Origin: Fistulifera solaris
Taxonomy: Eukaryota
NCBI GenBank assembly: GCA_030295235.1
Contig: AP026124.1
Coordinates: forward strand, 372,001-436,000
DNA length: 64,000 nt
Direction: 5' to 3'
Positions 24,505 to 33,801 of this stretch are shown in pieces (position 1 is the first letter of the stretch; each line of letters starts with the position of its first letter). The notes beneath the pieces were generated by a model that made no database searches, was not told where the DNA came from, and saw only the letters and a list, made by a program, of their open reading frames with translations. The translations under genes were made by a program, and so were the position numbers.

Positions 24505-27500
24505 ATGAAGTCAAATGCGAGAAAGGAAATGATAGCCAATCGGGCCTTGCTGGCGCGAAAGCAGCGTCCAGGGAACTCCGGCAAAGTTCATTTTTCGAAC
24601 TTGGATGAGAAAGACTCGACTTCGGGATCAATAGCGACTAATAACACACAATTGACGAATACTTACACGCAAAGTTGGAGCAACCTCCGATCAAATCTGA
24701 CAAATAATGACTTTGACCATTCCGAACGTCTAAACGCATTCACGGGACAGTTGCCCTTACCAACAACCACCAGCCCAAGTACATCCTCCGTACCAACCAA
24801 ATCCCCGAGCTCGAGAAAGGATGTATCCTATCACATAACAATCGGCCAATCACCGCGACATGAAACAAATGGGGCAAGACTTTCACCAAAAAATAACGTG
24901 CTAGAACGGAGTACCGAGGTAGCAGACGAAGTTGCCGCTCTGCTAGCATCAGTTCGGAGAACTACGTCACCTCGTCGTCTTAATGCTGTTGATGACAAGA
25001 ACGATCCACACTGTAATCAGAGTTACGAAAGCGCAATTATGAATTCTGCGCAAGTTGAGACCAGCATGGCAGAAGACAAAAAGGCTCAAGACATTGAAGC
25101 TAAGCAATCTGTCGTAGCTAAGATTGAGGCTGAGAACATCACCGTGCGTCGTAATCATGTGAAAAATCATATTCATACTGAAATTAAAGAAGAGCTCGAG
25201 GACACCGATGAGGAACAGGTGACTTCGGTTGCCAATCGACCATTGACCATGGAGGATTTGGAACCAACTATTAGCAACCCACCGGTCACCCCGGCATGTA
25301 TTGTCGATGGCTCGACTGTGGTACTCCGTTCGCAGGAAACGCTGAGAACGTTGAGTGTCGAAAAACATCCAGATGAGAATGATGCTACCTGCAGAATGAA
25401 AGGATACGGTCTAGGCCAACCGGAAGAGCTCCTACATCTTCACATTCAGGAGTCCAATATGTCTCGAGTAAACAACGATGACCTTACTGTGCTTTGTTAC
25501 TGGGATCGTATTGTTGTAAAGTCGCATCGCTATAAAGGCAATGTGTTGGGTGCTATCCGGCGTCGACACTGGGAAATCGGTTTCACGCAGCAATCCCTAC
25601 CCGGGCCCGCCGAACAGTGGAGAGTTCTACGGGCGGATTTTAAGACAGCCATCAACGTTGGTCGCTCAGCCATCGACAATGAAGCTATCCTGAGAGCCAA
25701 AATTGGACCAACAGAGCCTGTTAAATTCGGAGACCCAATCGTTCTCCGTAATTGCCATACCGGTGGCATTTTGTCCCTCGCAGAGCCAAACCTCCAGAAC
25801 TTGCGCCTGACTGCAGACTCACACGATCCTAACCGAATCCGCCACGATGCTCCTCATGATGCAACAACTTTAGGCAAACTTCAGCGGCACGACCGTTTAG
25901 TGCCGTTGCCAGGTGAGGCCTATCACTTTTTACCTCCGGCGATCCCAGCAGCGCCACTCTGGAGCATCTCACGTGTTCTGCAGCAAGAACAACATCCCTT
26001 TCTGAAGGGTAGTTATTATCTTCAAGACATGAATGGAAAAGAGAAAGTCGCAGCAAAGAGCACTACTTGCCCTAAAGAAGCCTCTTACCAAGAGGTTCTC
26101 CTTATCGATGAGCTCTTGGGTTCCTTCTTGGGGCTCGAGGGCGAATACATAAAAGTACACGGCCCCAAAGAAGTCGTTGCTGAGTTTCGTTTTTCGCTGA
26201 CAGACTCACCAGTGATTCCTTTCGACAAGTTTTGTCGGCATATTGTTGAGGGTATGCTTCCACTCTCCAAAGCCTTCGTCAACGTTAAGCACTTTTTGGG
26301 CATCCACGAGTCGGGGTATGCATATGGTTGTGTCGTTCATGCATTTTGTGAGGAACTAGATACCATGATACAAGAATACGTCGATTTCATAGCAAATATT
26401 GAAAGTGACTATCGAAAATCTGGAAACCAAGCAATGACACTTTGTAACTTGCAAGTTCAAATAAAGCCGGCAATGGACGTGATGCTGGTCCTCGAGGCCG
26501 CAACTTTTGCGGTGCGAACGAAAAAAGGTGGCAATCTCCTAAATAGTTTACGCGACCTTGGGCTGCAATCATTTGAAGGCAACAACGTTGCTGAGACGGT
26601 TCTCCACCAACTACTGAAGGCAGCAGCAGCCCCATACCTCAAGATGCTCAGCGAGTGGTTAGAATGTGGCGATCTTAGTTCCGACCCACATTCTGAATTT
26701 ATGGTACAAAAGATGGCCGACAGCAGATCTTGGGAATATCGATACTCGATCTTTCCAGAACATGTACTGAAAGATCTTTTTCCTTCTGGGTTGATAGTTG
26801 AAAGGATTTTGGCCACAGGGAGATATTGGAACGCTCTAAGAAGTTGTACCAAATCGGATTTGAGTATCGCGTCTCAGCCACTTTGTTACTTTGAAAGCAC
26901 CTCTACCTTTGCCAACTACGTACAAGGAAACTACGAGAAAGCTTCCCAGGCGCTTGTTGACCTGCTTTTAAGTGACTTTGATTTAATAGGATCTCTTCGT
27001 CTGGTGAAGCGATTCTTTCTCTTGGATCAGGGTGATTTCTTCATCAACTTTCTTGATGCAGCTGAAGATGAATTGCGGAAAGACTTAGACACCATCTCGA
27101 TGGGAAGAATTCAATATTGGTTGGATCTCTTCATTCAAAACGTTGACAAGCATTCCGATGATTTGTGGACCATAGCACCTTCCACCAGGAGTGTATCCCG
27201 TCAGGGACTGGCACTTTCCGGTCTTCACTGCTTTTTCGCATCAGGGAGCTTAGCAGATCGTCTAGACGAGTTGTTCGCTGCAACTGGAGGATTAGACACA
27301 AAGGAACCTTGGACTCCACTTCGACACGCATACGGTGGCAACACTTCCGATGCCTTGACTGGTCTTGATGCCTTCATGTTTGAATTTAGATCGATTCCGT
27401 TTCCGATATCTTTGATTCTATCAGAAAAGGCTATGGATAGCTACCAGCTTTTGTTCAGACACCTCTTTTCGCCAAGTACGTTGAACGAAGACTGGTCGGA

Positions 27501-28216
27501 ATCTGGCAAGATCATCAGGACATGAAGGAGCTTCAGTCACTTCGCAAAGCTCTTGGTCCTACGTTCTTGCTTCGTCAGAGAATGGTGCACTTCGTTCAAA
27601 ACCTCATCTATTATTTGATGCATGAAGTGCTCGAACCCCAGTGGTTAGAAATGGAGGCTTTTATATTTGACTATGATGGCAAAAAGACGAGACTATTGAT
27701 GACATAGTGAATGTTCACATGCGTTTTCTGAATCAAGCGCTTGAAGCATGCCTATTGACTAACCGCAATCTTGTGAGGTCGCTGACGAAACTGATGAAAA
27801 CATGTCTCCTTTTCTCCGACCAAATGAAGCTCTTTATGAAAGCAACTAAAATATCAGACGACAAATATCATGTCGCGAATGAAAAGCAGAAAGTAGTCCA
27901 GCGGACGCTGAATAATCGACGGGATTCAAGGCGCTTCTTAATCGACCAAAAGACTTTGCAGAAAACTATTCAAAATTCAAGGTTGGAGCGAAGAGAAAGA
28001 ATTCAGCGACAGACAGCTAGGGTAGAGCACGAAATCAATGGCGAGTCTTACCCTAGGATGATCAGCCGTTTTGAGGAAGTATTTTCCAAGAATTTACGAG
28101 ATTTCATGTCGCAGTTGACACAATCCGACGATCTTTACCACTCGCAAAAGGTGAATCTTTGCATTCGTCTGGATTACAATGGGTATGTAACGAGAGCTAT
28201 GGGTTTAAAGAAGTAA
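24505..28216 (+). CDS. Gamma-tubulin complex component (Spc97/Spc98 family, GCP2-like) with a long N-terminal extension; frameshifts ~27465 and ~27690
   Basis: QEVLLIDELL..FLGLEGEYI, KGGNLLN, DPHSEFMV, ILATGRY, KRFFLLDQGDF, YQLLFRHLF, RQRMVHFVQNL.YY..HEVLEPQW and C-terminal RLDYNGY. Confidence 0.85.
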
Positions 28217-28614
28217 AAGCAATGATGATATTGCACGGAGCCCTATAGTACTGTTTTGGATACAACAATCAGTGAAGCTGTTCGCTAAGTACCCATGTGA
28301 ACGGCGTTATTTCGCGTTTTACTTACCGGAGATGTAAGCGTATCGGTACTAAAAATTCGTAATCGGCGAGACGAAAACTGCTTCCACGACTTTCGACTTT
28401 CGATTTTCGATCGCGGTTGCCTCTCGGCGAAAGATTTGGACTGGGCTGCTTCAGCCTCTTACATTCAATATTTGTTGTCTAATAAGGTACATTTGACCTC
28501 CTTTTTCGTCAACAATCACTTGTAGGAAAATATTGACGAATAATATGCCATCAACTACTAGAGGAAAGAATCGGAGCAACAGCTCTGCTAACGTCGTCTC
28601 AACTTCGATCAACA
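28068..28614 (+). repeat. Direct duplication, copy 1 (547 bp): GCP 3' end, intergenic DNA and 5' end of the next gene
   Basis: Matches 29909-30456 except T/C at ~28494 and CTGCTAAC vs CTGCGCAAC at ~28589. Confidence 0.95.
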
Positions 28615-29913
28615 AAAGCATAAGTTTTCAAAAGCATAAGTGTGCAAAAGCGTAAGTGTCCAAAAGCATAAGTTTTCAAAAGCGTAAGTGTCCAAAAGCG
28701 TAAGTTTCCAAAAGCGTAAGTTTTCAAAAGCGTAAGTTTTCAAAAGCATAAGTGTGCAAAAGCGTAAGTTTTCAAAAGCGTAAGTGTGCAACTGCATAAG
28801 TTTGCAAAAGCATAAGTTTCCAAAAGCGTAAGTGTCCATAAGCGAAGCGTAAGTGTGCAAAAGCATAAGTATCCAAAAGCTTAAGTGTCCAAAAGCGGCG
28901 TAAGTGTGCAAAAAGCGTAAGTGTCCAAAAAGCGGCGTGAGTGTGCAAAAGCGTAAGTTTGCAAAAGCTTAAGTGTGCAAAAGCGTAAGTGTGCAAAAGC
29001 GTAAGTTTTCAAAAGCATAAGTTTCCAAAAGCGTAAGTGTCCAAAAGCCGTAAGTTTTCAAAAGCGTAAGTGTCTAAAAGCGTAAGTTTTCAAAAGCGTA
29101 AAATAAGTGTGCAAAAGCGTAAGTTTTCAAAAGCGTAAGTGTGCAAATGCGTAAGTTTGCAAAAGCGTAAGTTTCCAAAAAGCGTAAGTGTCCAAAAAGC
29201 CGGCCGTAAGTAAGTTTGCAAAAGCGTAAGTTTCCAAAAGCGTAAGTTTTCTAAAGTGTAAGCGTGCAAAAGCGTAAGTTTTCAAAAGTGTAAGTTTTCA
29301 AAAGCGTAAGTTTGCAAAAGCGTAAGTGTGCAAATGCGTAAGTTTGCAAAAGCGTAAGTGTGCAAAAGCCGTAAGTTTCCAAAAAGCGTAAGTTTTCAAA
29401 AAGCGCAAGTGTCCAAAAGCGTAAGTTTCCAAAAGCGTAAGTGTCCAAAAGCGTAAGTTTCCAAAAGCGTAAGCTTTCAAAAAGCATAAGTGTGCAAATG
29501 CGTAAGTATGCAAAAGCGTCAGTGTCTAAAAGCCGTAAGTTTTCAAAAGCATAAGTGTGCAAAAGCGTAAGTGTGCAAAAGCCGTAAGTGTCCAAAAAGC
29601 GTAAGTGTGCAAAAGCGTAAGTGTCCAAAAGCGTAAGTGTGCAAAAGCGTAAGTTTGCAAAAGCGTAAGTGTCCAAAAGCGTAAGTGTCCAAAAGCCGTA
29701 AGTTTCCAAAAGCGTAAGTTTTCAAAAGCATAAGTGTGCAAATGCGTAAGTATGCAAAAGCGTCAGTGTCTAAAAGCGTAAGTTTTCAAAAGCATAAGTG
29801 TGCAAAAGCGTAAGTGTGCAAAAGCGTAAGTTTTCAAAAGCATAAGTGTGCAAAAGCGTAAGTGCAAAAGCCGTAAGTGTCCAAAAGCGTTAGTGTGCAA
29901 AAGCGTAAGTTTT
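28613..29913. repeat. Tandem array of about 80 copies of a 16-bp unit CAAAAGCRTAAGT[G/T]T[G/C/T]
   Basis: Visible periodicity. Main unit endings are GTG, GTC, TTT, TTC and TTG. A higher-order block recurs (29481-29532 vs 29725-29776). Confidence 0.97.
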
Positions 29914-30456
29914 GAGGAAGTATTTTCCAAGAATTTACGAGATTTCATGTCGCAGTTGACACAATCCGACGATCTTTACCACTCGCAAAAGGTGAATCTT
30001 TGCATTCGTCTGGATTACAATGGGTATGTAACGAGAGCTATGGGTTTAAAGAAGTAAAAGCAATGATGATATTGCACGGAGCCCTATAGTACTGTTTTGG
30101 ATACAACAATCAGTGAAGCTGTTCGCTAAGTACCCATGTGAACGGCGTTATTTCGCGTTTTACTTACCGGAGATGTAAGCGTATCGGTACTAAAAATTCG
30201 TAATCGGCGAGACGAAAACTGCTTCCACGACTTTCGACTTTCGATTTTCGATCGCGGTTGCCTCTCGGCGAAAGATTTGGACTGGGCTGCTTCAGCCTCT
30301 TACATTCAATATTTGTTGTCTAATAAGGTACATTCGACCTCCTTTTTCGTCAACAATCACTTGTAGGAAAATATTGACGAATAATATGCCATCAACTACT
30401 AGAGGAAAGAATCGGAGCAACAGCTCTGCGCAACGTCGTCTCAACTTCGATCAACA
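29909..30456 (+). repeat. Direct duplication, copy 2 (548 bp)
   Basis: Starts GTTTTGAGGAAG, repeats the last ~48 GCP codons and continues into the intact downstream gene. Confidence 0.95.
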
Positions 30457-30943
30457 GGGCTCGAAGACGAGCGACAAAATAATCAGTATCGACGATGATA
30501 TCGCGCAGACAACAGGCTTATCTTACTCAGCATCATCTCCGCAGAAAAGAAGCTCTCTAACATCTTTTGAGTCTCCAGCTCCAAGCAAAAAGCCAAAAAG
30601 TGTCGTAGTCACACCCGAGGCACAGAAAGAGGATCTTTCGAAATTTGTCCCAAAGTACATACACAAGAACGTCGAGTATTGCCGTGAAGGCTCGTCGACC
30701 CTTCCTAGTAAGACGATCCAAGTTTACCAATGGATTCGAGAGCGGTACGAAATTCCATCCGACTTTGAACAGCAACGATCCTTTGGTCCATTGAGCGGTA
30801 CAAGCTTTGAACAGCGTGTTATTGCAGAATACAAGCTCGGCAAGCTAGATCGTAAAGAAGATGCGCCTGACGATGAAACTTTGATCTGCTCAGGATGTGC
30901 ACAAGTTGGTCACCTGCGAGACGACTGCCCCGTACTTATTTAG
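30386..30943 (+). CDS. Hypothetical protein with a Pol delta p12-like motif and a C-terminal CCHC knuckle
   Basis: ATG at 30386; FGPLSGTSFEQR motif; CSGCAQVGHLRDDC. Confidence 0.6.
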   Translation: MPSTTRGKNRSNSSAQRRLNFDQQGSKTSDKIISIDDDIAQTTGLSYSASSPQKRSSLTSFESPAPSKKPKSVVVTPEAQKEDLSKFVPKYIHKNVEYCREGSSTLPSKTIQVYQWIRERYEIPSDFEQQRSFGPLSGTSFEQRVIAEYKLGKLDRKEDAPDDETLICSGCAQVGHLRDDCPVLI

Positions 30944-31043
30944 TAATGGAGTCTGTGAATCGCAATAACTTCTTGACGATAGAAATCTCAACTTGCACAA
31001 TGAAATACGTAAAAGCCTTGAACGATCAAATGCAGATTTTTCT

Positions 31044-32237
31044 TTACTTGAGTAAATTCTTTAGAGCGAGCCACTCAAACACGTTGCTGGGACGACTTTG
31101 CCACCAAAAACCTGGCCAGTGTTGCATCCAAGAAGACTCTCTCAGATTGAAAGCGTAGTCGAGTGGAGGCTCCCAGCCGTGCACTCGGTAAATGCGGGTA
31201 ATATCGTTCAAGCATCTAGAACGTCGATCCATGTGTCCGGTGCCAGAGCTAATACCATTGGAAAGACCCGTGTCGGCAATGTTACCTTCAACGTAGATGG
31301 GAATCTCGGGTACATGAGCTTTGGATTCCGCGCGAGTTACATTCGCCACGAGAATAGACATCGCGACGTCTTCGCAATTTTTGTATTGATCGACATAATC
31401 CAAAATTTCTCGGGGATGTTGTTCATTCCAGTACATGGCCATGTAACGTTCGTGCAGAAAACACGCTTTGGTCAGAATGAAATTCATTTGCTGCCGCAGA
31501 TAAACATTGGGCCAGGAATAGTAGGTCAATTCGATGTCAGCTCCGACATTTTGGATTCGGGCCGGAGCGGAAAGTCGTGGATAGTAGCCCACCATTGACT
31601 GGGGTCGAGCACGCCACGCGTCAAAGCCAGCTTGCAACGATTTGCAACTGACACGAACATCGTCATCCACCATGAAAATAGCTTTCCAGGCCAACCCTTC
31701 AATGGGTAGAAATCTACTATTCAATGAGTCTCTCAGAACACGAACAAACGTTAAATCAGAATTGTTGCTGGTGTCGCTTGGCCGTAATTTGCTGCTTTTG
31801 AAGAAAGTGGTGGGGTCGGGAGGGGTAACGTCCAACTCAGCCCACACAATGTAGATGTGATCAACGCCAGATCGTTTTCCACATTTCGAGCCGTAGTGTG
31901 CGATAGCTTCTTGTAGTTGCTTGGGACGTTTGTACGTATTAATGATGACGGCAAAGCTTGTCTCTTCAACGACAAATTTATCCGGGGATTGGTAACCACC
32001 TACAATGACATCCCCCAAGAAGCAGATTGTTGATACAGCGAGGCAAAAGAACAGTATTTGCAAGCCCGTTCGACAACCAAAAGATAGTAGGGACCATCGA
32101 AACCTCAATTCTATCCAGAATCGTGTGCATCGCGGAACATTGGTGGATGCAGAAGAAGTTCGTCTTGATTCTACAGTCTCCGTGGTCGCTAAAATTTGAT
32201 ATTTACGCGGAGTTACTGGTTGCCTTACCCGTAGCAT
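31044..32237 (-). CDS. Glycosyltransferase family 64 (EXTL2-like), type II membrane protein
   Basis: N-terminal TM; INTYKR, DSLNSRFLP, VDDD, VGYYPR, ILTKACF, NCEDVAM and H..RRSRCLN motifs. Confidence 0.88.
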   Translation of the reverse strand: MLRVRQPVTPRKYQILATTETVESRRTSSASTNVPRCTRFWIELRFRWSLLSFGCRTGLQILFFCLAVSTICFLGDVIVGGYQSPDKFVVEETSFAVIINTYKRPKQLQEAIAHYGSKCGKRSGVDHIYIVWAELDVTPPDPTTFFKSSKLRPSDTSNNSDLTFVRVLRDSLNSRFLPIEGLAWKAIFMVDDDVRVSCKSLQAGFDAWRARPQSMVGYYPRLSAPARIQNVGADIELTYYSWPNVYLRQQMNFILTKACFLHERYMAMYWNEQHPREILDYVDQYKNCEDVAMSILVANVTRAESKAHVPEIPIYVEGNIADTGLSNGISSGTGHMDRRSRCLNDITRIYRVHGWEPPLDYAFNLRESSWMQHWPGFWWQSRPSNVFEWLALKNLLK

Positions 32238-32806
32238 GTTAACAGCTACCCTGAAAACACAAAAGACGTCGTGAAATACTACTGCGTTCAAACAAACCAC
32301 CTTTTTACTTCCATTGCCTTGTAAAACGTTGTGATCATTTTTGTTTTCGACGATGTCGAGTGTCTCTAGCGTCACTGGTACTGTACCTGGTACGTAGATA
32401 AGCAAAACGGATTATTGTGAAAAATAGTGATTGATTCATGACTAAAAGCTGTCGTGGTAAAAGGTCGCCTACACTTTGAATTACAGTCCATAAAAACCTT
32501 GAAATAGAAAAACCAAAAGTACTTCAGATTCAGCTAATCAATGCGCTGAACCAAAGCAAAATGCAACGCGACATGCATATCGATACGAACCACAAGCGAA
32601 ATCATCTGCCCCAGCCTTCTAGCAATGTCGATGAGCGAAACATCGGTTGGAAACACATGTACCTGGTATTGGAAACGCAAAGGTTCCGCCTTTTATTCTT
32701 TTTTCTTTCTTTAAGTCCCTATTTCAAGTCCCTGTTCTTAGCGTCATGTAGCATATCGAGTGCATCCGCACTTTGTTAGAGGTCGGCTTCCCCTATTCAA
32801 TGCTCC

Positions 32807-33559
32807 TCAAAAATGGAAGGGCCACTTTCTTTTTCGGACAACTTTCTTTGCCGAATAACCTGCTGGAGGGTTCCCTTTTAGTAGTAATAGATCTTCTTCG
32901 ACAGGATTCTGTATGGGAGGAGCAAAACGCGTTCGGGGCATCCATGTCAAATCAGCGGACCCTTCGTAAAAGACGCTCTCTAATTCCGCCACTTGAAAAA
33001 GTATATCAGCCAACTTCCAATCCCCAACTTTCGTGTACGATCGCTTTTCTAAGTCGACCTGTTCTTGAACGGGCCGGATCCATGTAGTTGTCTCGCTTAA
33101 ATATTGCAACGCAGCCAAGACCATTTCTTTGGCATCCATCATAGGCGGTACCATTCCTGGACGTACTGTTAATGCACATGTTTTGAGAAAGGCTTTCGCC
33201 GTCACGTTTCCTCCATCATCGTCGACTACTTTTAAGAGACTCGCTAAAAGGCTCATGGAGGACGGAACCTGCTTCGCAAACTGCAAAATTGTTTCGTCAC
33301 TCATGTTGCTATCGATAGTCTTGAGTGTTTTAGGTTTCTTGATAGGAGGCGGTCCTGTCAATCCTGTATCATCAAAAAGATCAACCCGATTGTCTATTAG
33401 TGTTCGGCGCAACAATTCCTTCTCTATATCTTTCATCTCCTCGGAAAGCAACTGCCGCTGCAAGAAGCGAAAGCCTGCCCCCCGAAATTTTTGAGAATGA
33501 TGGTAGCGATTGCTCGCCATGGCTTGCTCGACTTCGGCAGAAGATGGATATTCTGCCAT
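32807..33559 (-). CDS. Hypothetical protein (3' end uncertain)
   Basis: ORF of ~250 aa from the ATG at 33559 with protein-like composition; no family recognised. Confidence 0.5.
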   Translation of the reverse strand: MAEYPSSAEVEQAMASNRYHHSQKFRGAGFRFLQRQLLSEEMKDIEKELLRRTLIDNRVDLFDDTGLTGPPPIKKPKTLKTIDSNMSDETILQFAKQVPSSMSLLASLLKVVDDDGGNVTAKAFLKTCALTVRPGMVPPMMDAKEMVLAALQYLSETTTWIRPVQEQVDLEKRSYTKVGDWKLADILFQVAELESVFYEGSADLTWMPRTRFAPPIQNPVEEDLLLLKGNPPAGYSAKKVVRKRKWPFHF

Positions 33560-33801
33560 CGTGAATGGAGTAATAAAAATAAAGGAAAGTATTGAATACA
33601 ACAAACAGGCGCTTTAATGAATCAATCGCTCGTGAAAGTGTGTTTGTTGAAAAACAAACAACATTTTCTGGCACTCATGGGCGAGCGCTGCACCCTAATC
33701 CCTAACCTTAGACCTTGACTAAGTAACTACACAAGCTAAACAAAAACAAAAACAAAAACAAAAATCAAGCGCATAACTATTTTACTAAGCAAGAAATAGA
33801 C

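Noticed and set aside
28613..29913. CRISPR array or telomere
   Set aside because: No unique spacers and no cas genes; eukaryotic context; the unit is not TTAGGG-like and the array is internal.
22144..29913. MAD1 and GCP next to a satellite as a mitotic or centromeric cluster
   Set aside because: Two adjacent genes in a gene-dense genome is not evidence of functional clustering.
28609..29948. Minus-strand ORFs with LRF/TYAF repeats resembling BspA-type leucine-rich repeats or a never-ending ORF
   Set aside because: They follow from a 16-bp unit rotating through frames on a strand where only some variants create a stop. The longest ORF (152 aa) needs only about 5-6 such units to fall out of frame, which is plausible by chance. 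There is no credible start context.
28068..30456. LTR/TRIM element with 547-bp LTRs
   Set aside because: The repeats are host gene and intergenic sequence, lack TG...CA ends, and show no PBS, PPT or outer TSD.
33693..33764. Degenerate CCCTAA-like motifs and a (CAAAAA)n run
   Set aside because: Only two to three imperfect units; too short to call an interstitial telomere or a functional element.
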